DNA of 64,000 bases from Lytechinus pictus (Eukaryota). This document shows positions 1 to 13,944 of the stretch, in pieces (position 1 is the first letter of the stretch; every line of letters starts with the position of its first letter). Below the pieces are notes generated by a model. The model was not told where the DNA came from and ran no database searches. It worked only from the letters and a program-made list of their open reading frames with translations. The DNA is taken from the NCBI RefSeq assembly GCF_037042905.1, contig NC_087251.1, positions 9,116,001 through 9,180,000 of the forward strand, in the 5' to 3' direction. The translations under genes were made by a program, and so were the position numbers.

Positions 1-377
1 AATGCTTTTGAATACTACATACAGCAATTAAATCGATAAAATTTACGAACAGAGTAAATCATTAAAAATACACCCATTCCAGCAACGAATAAAGGATTAA
101 CAAAAAAATACATAATCTTCATTAAGAGTAGACCTTTATTACTACATGTATTTCCTGTACACTTAAGTACAGCTGGTTATTTTTTTATTTTTTTTTAAAT
201 CTGCACTGTATACTGGTATTTCAAGTTTTCTATATCCTCCACCACCTGGATTTTTTTCTTGGGATCATTTATCACTCATGCCGACAAAACTATAAAAGCT
301 TGATTTTCATTTTTTGTGTACTTGGGTTTTCAGTCTTCAAACAGTAAAGGACTTGGTTATGACAGGGTTTTAAAAGC

Positions 378-770
378 CTATCTTTGATTTTGGAAAACCA
401 CCCAGAAATTGATCTCACTTTTCCAATTCAATATTAAATTATATGAATGTGTGTGCCCTAAAACAATTACAGAGTGAAGGGGTCCAAAATCAGAATGTGT
501 TTTTATTGAAAAATGTACGGATTTTACATCAAAATTTTTCTTGAACGGGTGCCCAATCAAAATAAAATATTTAATTTTGTCTTGCTTATCAAACCCCTTC
601 TCAAGCATGGAATGGGCATATCAAATCACTAATTTTGTATAGTAAGCGCCAAAAAGGCTAATTAAAAGATAAAACATTACAGAGAGAGGGTGCTAGATGC
701 CAAATTCTGAATTCTATCGGCTGAAAAACAGTCATTGACCTCTAATTTTTTAAATATGAATATTGGAGTG
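378..770. repeat. Interspersed repeat, diverged copy 1 (copy 2 at ~12555-13030)
   Basis: Shares blocks such as ttccaattcaata..attatatgaat..gtgtgtgccc, aaaataaaatatt and atggaatgggc with 12555-13030; the two spurious ORFs share GHTH.YNL.LNW.S. Confidence 0.75.
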
Positions 771-3700
771 TAACTCCCACTAGCAATTCCATAAAATAAT
801 CAACCTTTTTGTATGTCCGACCTTCATTTTTCTCAAGTCTTACCTCACTTCATAAACTGACCAAGTCATGGTCCTTTGAGAACATTACAGACTGTCAGAA
901 GAACACAAAATCAGATACAGAAAATTTCACGATTGAAGGTCCCACATATGGGAGGTCGAACATACTTAGTGTATTTCATGGAATTGCCCATTATACTGAC
1001 CCTCTACCAAAACTTTAGACAGGCTTTGAAGCCAAGTCAAATTAAAGAATTTGAAGAAGCTGATGTACAGGTGTACGTGGGTTCATATACCCAGCAATTC
1101 TTCTGAATTCATATCATGAATTGCTCTTACATAAATGACATGGACACCACATGTAGAGTTCTTCAAATACAAAGTAAATATTACTCATTTCCAGAAATTA
1201 AATGCGACATACATTGTAATGCTACATAGATTTTGAAACAGTGACTTGTAATTTCTGAACTGACGGTGTTCCATAACTTATATTCAAATAATAACATATT
1301 TCAGCATTCCACAAATACATCATTTGGTAGTAACTATCAATTGCATATCAGAGTATAGTAAAAATAAAAACCCTATTATTCCAGAAATTCAGACAACTGC
1401 TATTTACTGTATAAGCTGAAAGAACCAGGAAAACATAATATAGTGTAATTCAGTTTGTTTCAAGGCACATATTATGAACAAGGAATACCAGCTAGATAAA
1501 ATAAGAAAACATTAAAATTCATGGAATATATTTAGTACTAAATACAACAATCTTTGCATTTGATTTTAAGCATGAAAATAATCCAAGTTTATAGATGATT
1601 GAAAAGAGAAAAAAATAGACATCTATATAAATTTGTATCCTTAAAGCAATGAGATTAATACTTGCTGATTTGGTTTGTTTTACCTGAATGCTGTTAGTCT
1701 AAAGGCCTAATACCAATCACAAAGATAGGGTAAATTCTGCTTTGCTTCTAAATCAAATTAGAATTGTACTAGATCTATATCTAAATAATCTATCTTGCCT
1801 TAAATACAGGTATAACTATGAATTATCTGTGATTTTTCTCATTTTTAACAGACACTTCCTCAGTAATAATAATGAAAAAAGTAAAGTACTTCATCATGTT
1901 TGTGACTACCAGCATCAGAATGTTCAATATTCATGAAATCTTCATATTCTGGAAAAAAAATCACAATTTTGTGCAAAGATAAACAGTATCATTAACAAAG
2001 TATTTTTTACTGTCAGATAGCCAATGAGCATATTGTGCAAATTTGAACATTCACAATGCATATGAACTAACATACCCAATAAAAACAACTCGGGACATCA
2101 ATTACAGTAACAAATTTAATCATAAATTCAATACACTCAAACAAAACCTTTGCTGTAATGAGGGGTGTAAAACATGTTTGCAATTACATGTACATGTATC
2201 AAGTTAACATGGAAGAAGTACAGTGCCAGCCTCAGGAAACATCACACCAGAGACAAAAACAAATGGATAGGGCTTGTCCTCGATAATAAGGACGTTGTAT
2301 GTATGCGGCCCGGCTATATTTTCATCCATGGACCCATTGACTTTGGACGGGAGCACTCATCTGACAGACAAGGTATTACTCAGTAGTATGGACTATTCAT
2401 TTTGACAAGAAAAAAATAATGATGTTGCCTCAATTGCTTGGCTTCATATTAAACTGAAAGTGTTTGGTTCATCAGTCGTCAAAAAGATATCTTGTAAGAG
2501 GAAAATGAAGATTGCTAATTCTTCATCGAGATGTTCATAAAAAGGAAGCTGATGACCAAATCAACAATATGTCGTACCCAGTTGTTCATGCTATGCTGGA
2601 GATCATTAAACATTATAGAAGCAGCCAAATTTTACAGAAACACTATAAATTCAAAAAAGTTTGTAAATTTTACATTTCCTAAATCCTCAAAAATATGAAA
2701 TACTGCATACATATAAATATTTATACATTGATAAACAATTTATATGAAGTAGATATCACTAAAATAACATATACATGTAATGTTAGACATGCTGCAGCCC
2801 AGAAAAGGAAGAGTGGGGAAAAAACAGACAAATATGTAAAGCAAGAGAAAGAATACTGAACTGATTTGATGTAAAAACTGATTGAATAATTTTCCTATTA
2901 TTTTGTAATAAGCTAACACAAAAACTTATCTCTTCAACAGAAAATAAAATAAAGTAAAAAGAATAAACATGGCCCTACTCTCTTGGCAGCATGCAGCATA
3001 CATAATATAAATAAACCACTGCATAACACCAATGTACACACCATGGATAGAAACTAACAATTCCCTGCATAAACCAAGAATACAATGTTCATCAAGAATA
3101 ATTCATACATAGAACAATGCTATTTTAGAGTGACAATCCACAATTTCATTTGTTTGAAAAATTCAGTCTTAATACAAATATTCTGATGTAAGATGATAAT
3201 ATTCCAATTCATTATAGTATATAATTTTCATTTATGAAATGAAAATGCGATTTACAATTTTTTAAAAGATATATCTGTGTCTTAGTTTACTGGTATCCAA
3301 TCACTAAATTTCAGGAGGGTTAAGGGGATAGAAATAAGAAATGAATATTTTTATTTTAACAGAGAATCTGCTGTTGTAAACAGATTCAACGGCTAGATAC
3401 ACTCCTTGGCATGTTAGATGGTAATTGACATTATTGACCTTTTACAAAGTTTTAGCCAGTTCTAAAAGAACTTGCTTCCATTGAAATATAACTAATTATA
3501 AAAAACGAAGGGTGGGGGTTCAAATTCACAGAAAGAATCATAAAGTAAAACATACTTTGCATTATTACTCAGTTCACTGATGGTACACGGTCAAGTAGAC
3601 GCTAAATCTAAATAAATCATGGGGGAAAATAGACAAACTGGAGACCCGTCCCCATTGATATTTTGAAGTCCTATTACTGTTATAGTGCATTATTTCACAG

Positions 3701-4293
3701 TAAAAATGTAAATGGAAAATGAAGTATTCATTTCCATTTTTCACTAAATCAAATTAAAACTCTGCAGGGTAATATTTTTTTCTCTTTTGATATACAAAAT
3801 AAACTCAATGATGGTCCACAATTAGTGACAATACATCTAAAAATATAGTATCTTACTGGGTAATCACAAAGCAAGGCTCACTTCAAACTTCATGATCTAA
3901 AGTCTAAACAAAAAAACAAATTGTGAAAAAAAACACCCTTGAGTTGTTGATTATCAAAACTGCCCCTAAATCCACTTTCGGTTGGTCTCATCCCACATAG
4001 ATTTATCCTATCAACTAACTATGTCATACTTTCCACATGCCCCATTAATATTTTGTCCAATTTGCAATTAGGCTATGACCATTTCATCTAATCTCCATGT
4101 GGTCTAACACCATATAGCCTATATGATTAGGTGAGCTGTTTACAAACCAAATAGTCATATGACAAAGAGTGTAAAAGTATTAAGACTGGGCATTATACTA
4201 AATGACAGATATGCCAAGTAAGTATCAGACCAAGTGATGAGGAGGTATGGCCATGATGTTGTTCAAAAATGAGACCATCTGCTAGTTGACCAA

Positions 4294-4716
4294 GATCCCA
4301 TTCTCATTATACTTTCTAAAACTAGTTTACAGGAAACCGGTTCAAGAAACCAGTTGTAAGATCACTTCGCTAGCGTTCCCATCTGATCAGCCGAAAGTAC
4401 TTCTAAAACCACTTAATGTAAAGGGGTTTTGTTCCTAGGGGAGCGCTCTTGGGGTGTAAAGTTTTGCAAGCTATTTGAAACTGTAGCGTACATATTCTAC
4501 ATACAGTGTGTCGAGTAGTGCGCTCAAAATGTGCGAAGATCGCTTCCTGAAGAACGGTTGTGTCCTCACGCTAAAAACAGTTAAATGAGGCAAAGCGATC
4601 TTGAAAACTACACCGTGAGGTGGTTTTCCAAACCAGTTTGGAAGATCACTTCCAAGACCTCTTGGACCGTTCTCATTACATGTTAACAGTTTCAGGATAG
4701 TAATGAGAATGGGGTC
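4294..4716. mobile_element. MITE, PIF/Harbinger-like
   Basis: TIR GATCCCATTCTCATTA / TAATGAGAATGGGGTC; flanks caa / taa resemble a degenerate 3-bp TAA TSD. Confidence 0.65.
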
Positions 4717-6567
4717 TAAGTGGGCAGTACGGCCATGATGATGTTAAAGAATCTGAGAATGATACCATCTGCTAGTAGACCAAACGGGATACAAAATATT
4801 GATAAGATGTATGTATGGATGAAACATTCCCTTTCACCTGCATACATTTCAAACATCACAAATACATTTTAGCTTAATATAATATGTTTCAACTAAAATC
4901 TACAAGCTACAGGTGCCTCCAAACCCATTCTGTTTATTGATGGATTGCAGCCAGGGTGCTTACCTACAATCAGCTTTATGAAATGGCCCCCAGATGGGAT
5001 ATTATTGGAGGCAATGAGGCCTAATTCAAGTGGCAGGGTATGTTGTATTTGGAATAAAAGATTCACCAGGCTATAGCATCCTCACAACTAAGAGAATAAC
5101 AAAATAAAACCTCCAAACTTTATTTATGAAATGTTGAGGTGGATACTGAATTGATTGCATTGATGCTTATGCTGATGTTTTAATTTTTAGTTATGATGTA
5201 TGAGTGTTGTGAGCAATCACGGCATTTGGATATACATGTAAATACATACAACTGGCTAGTATTGGCTATTATTATAATTATCATTATGTATTAGTTGTTC
5301 CACTGTTAAAGAAATAATAATAGTAACAATAATATTTAAAAAACAGTAATTTTGGGGGGTGCAAATCCAAGGTCTTTCAAAAACTGGCAACCAAGAGATC
5401 AGTGCTTGAAACAATGCAGCAGCTGTGAGATCTAAAGAAATGACCAGTCCCTCTGAGGTGAATGATTGTTTCAGCTTGCAGCATCACATTTTAAACATAC
5501 ATGTAGTGGTATACTATTTAGAATATATTATGATTAATATAATTCTCAAAGTACTTATACCTTGTAAATTCATGAATGGTGCCATTTATGACATAGATTA
5601 GCCCATATGAAAAGCGAATGTCTTCAGGGTCAAGATGATAATTTTCTTATTCATATGGTAGAATACATCATGCCACACCTTTTTATAAAAAAAAATCTAA
5701 TTTGTATTCATGATTGAAGATGTTCCACAATTTTCTACTATATTCTTTTAAAAGCATGATTCAAATCCCAATTCCCTGGGATTTAATACATTCAAAATAT
5801 GGGATCACAAATTCCCTCCAAACACTGAATAAACAAATATCTAATGTAATAAGTTTCATAATTTTTTTTAGGAATATCGTCCACAAACAAGATTCTCTTT
5901 CAATTACTTTGAACAGTTTCTTTGAAAAATTTACCTATTTTAGGATTTGGTATTGGTGAATAAACAATTTTGAAACATTTCCCACATGCATCATACCTCA
6001 GCCCTGTTCAATGCCATTATAGTATATCCCATAGAGTCCTTGATATGATTGGATGTACAACAGGATTTAATACAAAGTTACTTTAATAGTGTTGTTTTTA
6101 CAGAGCCAGTGTCACCGAATAAGATAATTTCTACTCCAATACCATTGTATCTCTATAAAGAAAATAAACTACATGTATCAGTGATGTCTGTATAAGTATG
6201 AATGTATTGGAATAACACAATTTCTATACACAAATATATTCTATGCCCAATTCAAACAATTTAGTTTCTAGTGAAAGCAAATATAATTTCATCATGCAAA
6301 ATCCATGCATTTCTTTCAGAGAAATATCTCAAAACAAATTATCTGTCTGGATCATGCTACTACATGTACATGCATAATATTTGCAAAATGCAATAAGCTC
6401 TTGATCATTTATGATATTGATATATTTTTGTGCAATTCAAGTACACAATGCTGTGATCAAGGTGACACAATAACATACATTCAATGATACAATAAGACTT
6501 ATGGAAAAATGTTAAACAGATAATGTTAATAAATAGCTCCCTTGTACAATATTTTCTGAACCAACCA

Positions 6568-7281
6568 TCAACCCTGTCTTCCATTACTATTGTTACTTGT
6601 CTGTCCCATTAGTTCAAGTGATAATGTTGCGCAGGTGAATATTGCAGCATTGGTAGGAAATGCTCTCAGGAGCTGTGTACCGAGTCCCTTGTTGATGACC
6701 CGTATTCCTTCATTGCGGATACTCTTCTGTATGACATCGATGCTACCTCTGTACTTGTTCTGCCCATCCAACCCTTCAGCTTGAAGCCTTGTCTTAAAAA
6801 CATCAAAGCTGTACGTACAAACCCAAGAGCTCATACCACTAAGACCGCCAGCAGTCAGAAGTCCCATGATTCCGATCTGACCATCGGCATACATCTTGGC
6901 TATTTCACTACAGAAGAACTCATATGACATGAAGTAGATACCTAAACCAGGTGTGTCTCTTGCAATGGTCAACATAAGACCACGGTAGCATCCTCGAAAC
7001 CCTTCCATCCTGTAGATCTTCCGCAGGGCGTCAATAGATCCATGGTATTTTCCTTTCCTTTCCTTGCCTTGTGTATCTATCTGTACCTTTATTTTGGCGA
7101 GTTCCATTGGCCCACATATAAAGGATTGCACAAATCCAGCAAGACTTCCAGAAATAAAATGGCTATAGAGAGAAGATTGGTCAAACTGCCGTTGTACATT
7201 ACCCTGTACACCGAACACTAGAGCGTTTATGAACGTGAGACCTACCAGCGGAGAAGCCATGCCCTTGAACAAACCAAACAC
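6568..7281 (-). CDS. SLC25A29: Mitochondrial basic amino acid carrier (SLC25A29-like), last coding exon
   Basis: Acceptor cttaaccag|GTG; VFGLFKGMASPLVGLTFINALVFGVQGN...PMELAKIKVQ...FDVFKTRLQ carrier repeats; TGA at 6568. The four exons join in phase to 876 nt, 291 aa. Confidence 0.93.
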   Translation of the reverse strand: MFGLFKGMASPLVGLTFINALVFGVQGNVQRQFDQSSLYSHFISGSLAGFVQSFICGPMELAKIKVQIDTQGKERKGKYHGSIDALRKIYRMEGFRGCYRGLMLTIARDTPGLGIYFMSYEFFCSEIAKMYADGQIGIMGLLTAGGLSGMSSWVCTYSFDVFKTRLQAEGLDGQNKYRGSIDVIQKSIRNEGIRVINKGLGTQLLRAFPTNAAIFTCATLSLELMGQTSNNSNGRQG

Positions 7282-7430
7282 CTGGTTAAGAAAGAAAAAG
7301 AGAATTCCAGAAAAATTTAATAAACCATCAGCCAACAATTCTTGGTCATCAACTAAATAGGCAAACAAATAAATATCATAACCTCAACTTATAAACTACT
7401 TTAAGGAAATCTGCATACATATTAGATTAC

Positions 7431-8030
7431 TTAAAGGTCAAGTCCACCCCAGAAAAATGTTGATTTGGATAAATAGAGAAAAATCAAACTCGCATAATGC
7501 TAAAAATTTCATCAAAATCAGATGTAAAATAAGAAAGTTATGACATTTTAAAGTTTTGCTTATTTTTCACAAAACAGTTATGCTCTACTCAGTGACATGC
7601 AAATGAGACAGTCAGTGACATGCAAATGAGACAGTCGATGATGTCCCCCACTATTTCTTTTCTCGTTTTACAGATTTGACAATAAGGGCCGACTTGACTC
7701 AACCATATAAGTATTAAACAATGCTAATTCCACATGTTTAGGGAGGAATTCATCTTTGTTTCACTTGACAATGAGGAGAAACTTACAATATTTCATATTT
7801 CATGTAATAAAATACAACAGAAAGTTAGTGGATGATGTCATCAGTCTCCACATTTGCATACTGACCAGGATGTGCATAACTGTTTTGTGAAATCAAGCGA
7901 AACTTTAAAATATTTTAATTTACATATCTTATTTTACATCCGATTTTGAAAAATTTTCAGTGTTGTGCTCATTGGATTTTTCTCTTTTTATCCAAATAAA
8001 CTTTTTTGTTGGGGTGGACTTGTCCTTTAA
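7431..8030. mobile_element. Kolobok/T2-type MITE, family A
   Basis: TTAA-AGG(T/A)CAAGTCCACCCC ... GGGGTGGACTTGTCCT-TTAA; long imperfect inverted arms; at least 5 copies in the window. Confidence 0.85.
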
Positions 8031-8656
8031 TTACTTTATAAAGACATGAAAATAGTCTTATGGCTCATCATTATTAGTTTTTATTTATGCAAAGTAATTC
8101 TCTGATTTATATAATGATACAAAGGTGTAATATGAAACAATTGGAGACATTTTTTGCCTAAAAATAATAATGTAATGTTCATTTATTGCAAAATGAAACT
8201 TTTTCTCCAAAAGAAAAGATTAAATTAATTTAAAATTAATTAAAATTCTACAAAAACGGCAACAAAATATTAATCTATCAGTACACCAGTCTACTGATAA
8301 AGGTGTATTAAGGCTTCTTAACTTTAAGGTTGACAGTTTGAGGTAATACAAGATGCGATAAGAGGAGAGTATTGAGTTGAGGAGGAGTAGGGACGCTGAA
8401 CATTAGAAGTGTAAGGAAAATCCAGTCATTCACATTCATGGGGAACAAACTAGATTCATAATTTGGATTTACTACACTTCTACTGAGAATAGAGTGTTGA
8501 CAATATAACAAATAAAGAAACCAGACAAAAAATTTATAAAGTACAGTAAACATTGAGGAGATCTTACAACAAAAACAGTTTGATTCCGCTACCTTTCAGT
8601 ACCTGTATTGGAACTTTATATAATGGAAATGTTTACATACTACGTTTTAAACCTAC

Positions 8657-8740
8657 CGTTTCCTGTTTTATTATCTTGATACAGCAATTAAATGCACCAG
8701 AGTACTTGGGGGCAACACTGCTCTGTGTCTGCAGACGAAC
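8657..8740 (-). CDS. SLC25A29: SLC25A29-like coding exon 3 (VRLQTQSSVAPKYSGAFNCCIKIIKQET)
   Basis: cccttcag|GTT ... ACG|gtaggt; 84 nt, phase 0/0; matches carrier repeat 1. Confidence 0.93.
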
Positions 8741-8760
8741 CTGAAGGGATTCAAGATTTT

Positions 8761-9060
8761 AATAATAATAATAATTGGCATTTATATAGCGCTTTATCAA
8801 TCTACGACTGTTCAAAGCGCTTCACAATTATTATTACCCGGTCACTGGATTCATAGCATTTCAAGCAGCCTGTTAGGCGCACACTTGCTAAACCAACCAC
8901 AATGACCGTTGTTTCCTACCGGTACCCAATTAGCACCTGGGTGAGAGTGGCAATGTGTGGATTGACGCCTTGCCAAAGGGCGCTAGGCCATGGTGGGATT
9001 CGAACACTAGACCCTCTGATTACAAGGCAAGAGTCAGAACCGCTACACCCTGGTGCTTCC
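8761..9060 (-). mobile_element. tRNA-derived SINE with central conserved domain and (ATT)n tail
   Basis: Minus strand: GGTGTAGCGG (A box), GTTCGAATCCC (B box), core ccactctcacccaggtg..ggtacc, L2-like end aagcgctatataaat followed by ATT repeats. Confidence 0.85.
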
Positions 9061-9655
9061 ACACACAAAATAACAATGAATAAACAACTTTACTTTGACT
9101 GCAATGAATGAATCCATTTGTCAATGATGTCATCTAGCTTCATTCATTGCAGTAATGCCTTACTTTGGCGCAAATCAAAATTTAGATCACTGCAAAGAAT
9201 ACCTACTGATCATCCAAGCACGAAGACATACAACAAAAATATGGTATCAAATTATTTGGAAGAAGATATTCTTTCCAGCCATATATATTTCCTTAAACTA
9301 GGGATTTGTTAAGTGTAAAGTTTTTTTTACTCACATGTTATAATGACCAGAGATCTTTCTCATCCCCCCTCTGAATAATTAATTCTAGGCAGTAATTTAA
9401 AAAATATGCAATTCAATAATCAAAAGAAATTATATTAATGTTCAGCTAAGTAATAAAAATCCTTAGCTTATCTCTATACTACAGTAGAGAGGAAAATCTG
9501 AGTGAATAATTTTTCAATAGATAATAGAATAGTGTATTCAATGTCAACAGACTGGAACAGATGGTTTAATGACTACACAACAAACATGCAACCACATACA
9601 AAAAAGACTGAATAATGAAATGTAATGAATGATTACACTCTGTGTGAGTAATTAC

Positions 9656-9699
9656 CTTGACTGTGTCAAATGGATGCCCAACAAGAACACCTGCCACAC
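9656..9699 (-). CDS. SLC25A29: SLC25A29-like coding exon 2 (GVAGVLVGHPFDTVK)
   Basis: ttaatacag|GT ... AAG|gtaatt; 44 nt; contains the PX[DE]XXK carrier signature. Confidence 0.95.
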
Positions 9700-10261
9700 C
9701 TGTATTAAAGGGAGGGGGGAGGAGTAAAAGATTTACAGAATGATAAATGGATCAAATTAGTTATTACACTAATACCCTCTTCACACTGGCCACAAACAAC
9801 CCAACAGTACCGGGACTATCTCGAGACTGTACATGTAGCTCAGTGTTGCCTTCAGTGTGAATTCTGGGACCCGCAATAACCTCACCTTGCAATAACCTCT
9901 GCAACAAATTATCGCTAACCAAGCCATCAATATCAGCAGGACAGCCCAACAACTGTCGCGGTGTTTCTTCAGTGTGAAGGCACACTGCTACAACATCGGA
10001 ATAAACCACTTGTGATATGTGGGGGCATCGTGATCTAGTGTAAAGACTCTCGTCTTTCAATCTGAAGGACGTGTTTTGTTACGGAGGTAATAAAAATCAC
10101 TTGCTGCAGTGTGAATGAGTACATGCAAATTTATCTCGGGACTGTGCCGTGATAACTTTTCTACTGTGAATGCATTTATTGCAGGTTTATAGCGGTGCTG
10201 CCGTTCCATGACAGCACCTGGATAAATTTGAATAACCAATGTGAGAGGGGTATATGGTAAC

Positions 10262-10878
10262 TTAAAGGGATAGTCCGTGCTGAAAATATTTATATCTAAA
10301 TAAATAGAGTAAAATTCACAGAGCAAAATGCTGAAAATTTCATCAAAATCGGATAACAAATAACAAAGTAATTGAATTTTAAAGTTTATCAATATTTTGT
10401 GAAAATAGTTACTGTATACGCACATCGTCATGAATATTCATTAGGTGGGCTGATGATGTCACATCCCCACTTTCCTTTTTGTTATGTTATTACATGAAAT
10501 CATAAATGTTTCATTTTTTCATGCATGTGTCATTGATGTGTTTCCATTATGATGAAATAAGTTGCGGCAATAAATAACTAATGCACTTAATCAGTTGTCA
10601 ATCCGATTGTTTTAGTTCTTGATAGAAAACTTTTAAATAAACCTAATTTCATATAATAAAATACAAAAGAACAAGTGGGGATATGACATCATCAGCCCAC
10701 CTAATAAATATTCATAAAGACATGCTAAGAACCGTTTCACCGGAATAGTGCAAATCTTTAAAATTCAATAACTTCGTTATTTGTGATCAAATTTTGATCA
10801 AATTTTCAGCATTTTGCTCTGTGAATTTCACTCTATTTATTGAGATATGAATATTTCCAGCCTGGACCATCCCTTTAA
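10262..10878. mobile_element. Kolobok/T2-type MITE, family B
   Basis: TTAA-AGGGATAGTCC ... GGACCATCCCT-TTAA with long inverted arms; a fragment also occurs at ~44690-44790. Confidence 0.85.
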
Positions 10879-12554
10879 CATAAGTTTCAGTTGTAGGCCT
10901 ATCTTTTTGCAAGAATCACACTAGGTCAATGAGCAAAGTAAGCATATTTCACAATGGTTTTTGTGCATCCCCATTTTTTCTGTACATGAAATGTGAGGGT
11001 AAGGATGAAAAGATGTCTGTTGGATTCCTACAAGAAAGATGCAGCTCAATTTTTGATAAAGTTTGTTTACATGTAGATACATTGTAAAATGCTCGGTCAT
11101 AAATCAGACAGTTTCTGTTCAATTATGAAGACAAGATGACACCATAACAATAACAATGCATGAATTTCAATGAACATAATTTTAGTGTTCATATATGTAC
11201 ACAGTAATTCATAAAATTTTGTAGTTGAATAGTCTATATTTTTTCCTCATTTCTTTCTATTCTTCACACATTTCCAGAATCTAAATTATACAGTTGACAA
11301 CAACAGACAAGCATCATGTGCATTATACACATGTCACATGTAAAGTTACAGACATCTATAGGTTCATGCTAAAAATGTGATTCACTATATATTAATTGGG
11401 AGCATGATTTTGTTCTAGTTAAAAGCAATTTCTGGGCTCCATATTTGTACCAGCCTCATATCAAGCCCAACTCACTGGTTCTCTAAACTCCTTTTGGGCA
11501 GGCATTAATGTGTGCATATATTTTAATACTCAACCATGCCAATCTACATGTACACTTGTATATATACAAATTTTAGACACCCCTACCCAAGTTTTAATTG
11601 ACAAAAATGAAAAAAGCTGAAATGATTTGTTGACTGGAAAAAAAAAACATTTATTTTCATTTCTCAAATTCATTATGAAATAAGAGGAAACCTATTTTTA
11701 ATTTTGCTTTTACATGTCTGACATTTAAATTTTTGTTAACTGTATGTCAGGTCAGAGCAGGCCTAAATTGCTGAAGGTATCAATTGAGCCTTTGACTGTA
11801 TTAATTACCCATTTCCAAATACCCAGGTTTAATCCTGTTTTCTTGCTTTCTCATGCACGCTGAATTAATTTTGGCAATTGTTTCCATGTTATTTTCTTTA
11901 ATTCAAGATTTCCATATTACACCATTGATGATGATTAATGTATAGATGTTATCCAAGAACTATTGCCTTTTATTAGCTTCTATACTTTAAAGGTAGGGGA
12001 GAAAACTAATCATTATGATTGTTCAATTTAATTGTACGAATGTGAAATATTGCAACATCAGTGCGCAAAAGAATAAGAGTGATTCCAAGGCTTGCCTTTT
12101 TCCAAAATACATTACATAATCACAAAATCAATTCCTGGAAGTAACAAGGACACATTGAGCCTGAGAGCAATTAACTATTGATTTCAATGAATAGTGAACA
12201 ATCCGAGTCCTTTAAAAAGAAAAATGACTTGCAGTTAAGAGAAACCTTCCAAATCCCCCCCTCCACTAAGTACACACACTATCCAGGTAAGTCCTGCACA
12301 ATCAAATGTAGAAAAAAAAGTCAATTGCGATGCCAAAGAGCTTATTTACATTGAAGGGGGTTTTCATCGATACTTCACATCTTTTTGTAATGAGAAAGGG
12401 GTGGAAAGAGTGTCTGTCCAGTAGTATCATATTTGAATGTACTTTGCTCTGATGACATTATGTTTTACAGTATGTTCCTCTCTTTTTTTCTCATTTTACA
12501 ATGAAAATATGGAAAAAAAAGTTGTTAGAATGCAGTCTAAAATATATACATCAT

Positions 12555-13030
12555 TACAACCTTATCTTTAGTTTTAGTGAACCTCCCAACAAGTCGATGT
12601 CACTGTTCCAATTCAATACTAGATTATATGAATATGTGTGTGTGTGCCCGAAAGCGGTTATGATTTGAAGAATATACATGTAAACAAAAAACTGTTTTTT
12701 ACTTGATAAATTTACAGATTTTATATCAAAATTTACATGTAACTGATCAAGTGCCCGCTCAAAATAAAATATTGGCATATCTATGTCTTGTTTATACCCC
12801 TTTTAAAGAATGGAATGGGCTGACAAAAAATTCTGGACCTTTTTTTTTTGTGGAAATCAATCACTAAATCTGTAAAGTACTGTAAGTGTTCAAAGGGCAA
12901 TTTAAAAAAAAAATGAAAAAAAACATTGACAAAAGAGGGTCCTAAAAGGCCAAATTAGAACTCTTAAAAAAAGATGAAAAAATCACATATTTTAATTCTA
13001 ACAGCTGAAAACACAGTTCAATGACTGCTA
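12555..13030. repeat. Interspersed repeat, copy 2 of 378-770
   Basis: Alignable by eye to 378-770. Confidence 0.7.
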
Positions 13031-13157
13031 CTGTGCTTAAATTTTGTAATCTTGAAATGTTAGCTTGAACGTTATGCTGCAGGCACATTTCCCCTACGGC
13101 GGACATAAGGCGAGTCGAAAAACAGCCGTGTTATTCATTTTTATTCAGACCACCTAT

Positions 13158-13935
13158 GGGTAAGTCCAAGAATTCGCGCGCGTTACGTACATGTATGGAA
13201 CATTTCAGAGGCTTTAATGACCTGAAAAATAGTGTTAAATGACTTTGATTAGACTGAATACCCTCATGATGGTAGACATCTAGGAGAAGAATAATCATGC
13301 AAAAAAATAGTGACATATGACCTTGACCTTGGCCTTTTAGAGAGAAAAGATGAGCCGTTACATATGGGACGCAGAAAAAAGACAATTTTTAAAACATTTT
13401 TTTCAAGTTGAGAATTCTCTGAAAGTATTTAATTTGACAACCTGTAACTTAGTGTGATAGAAGTCACAACACTCTAGTATATCTAAGGCAAGTTTCATGT
13501 CATAAGCCCAAACCCTCTAATTACAGACTCTAATTAAACAAATTAATGACATGTTACGTATGGGACATTTTGTCCCCATAGAGAACGTACACAATTTTCC
13601 CCATAATTTCAAAAATTAGAATAATTTAAAATGTATTTCTTTTAAAATGTTCTACTGAGACATATTTGATATGACTGAAAAGGAAATTAGCCATTTCAAA
13701 CAACAAAAAAATCTTGTTTTTCATGGTTTCATGAATTTCTTATGTATTTCTATTGTTTGTTTTTTTTTCTTCATATTTTTCAATTTTCAAAAAAAAAAAT
13801 TTGATTGCCTTCATTAATCAGTATTCATAACAAATCAGTCTTTAAAAACTAGAGAAAAGGAGAATTATCACTTTTTAGAGCATTCTTGAAATTTGTTTTT
13901 CTCCATTTACTTTGTACACAAATCTCCCCATTGAT
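13158..13935. mobile_element. Arm of a non-autonomous DNA element with gttacgtatgggac motifs (related arm at ~26180-27197)
   Basis: Starts GGGTAAGTCCAAGAA; 27183-27197 carries the inverse TTCTTGGACTTGCCC; shared internal motif. Confidence 0.55.
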
Positions 13936-13944
13936 ATATATATT

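Noticed and set aside
2210..2390. snoRNA or SECIS candidate in a GC-richer block
   Set aside because: I could not identify box C/D, H/ACA or SECIS core motifs in a consistent fold
7282..7368. N-terminal part of the 266-aa ORF as coding sequence
   Set aside because: Lies upstream of a clear polypyrimidine-AG acceptor; the true N-terminus is in three upstream exons
8988..9060. tRNA gene
   Set aside because: It is the head of a SINE: it continues into the core and tail and the cloverleaf is not intact
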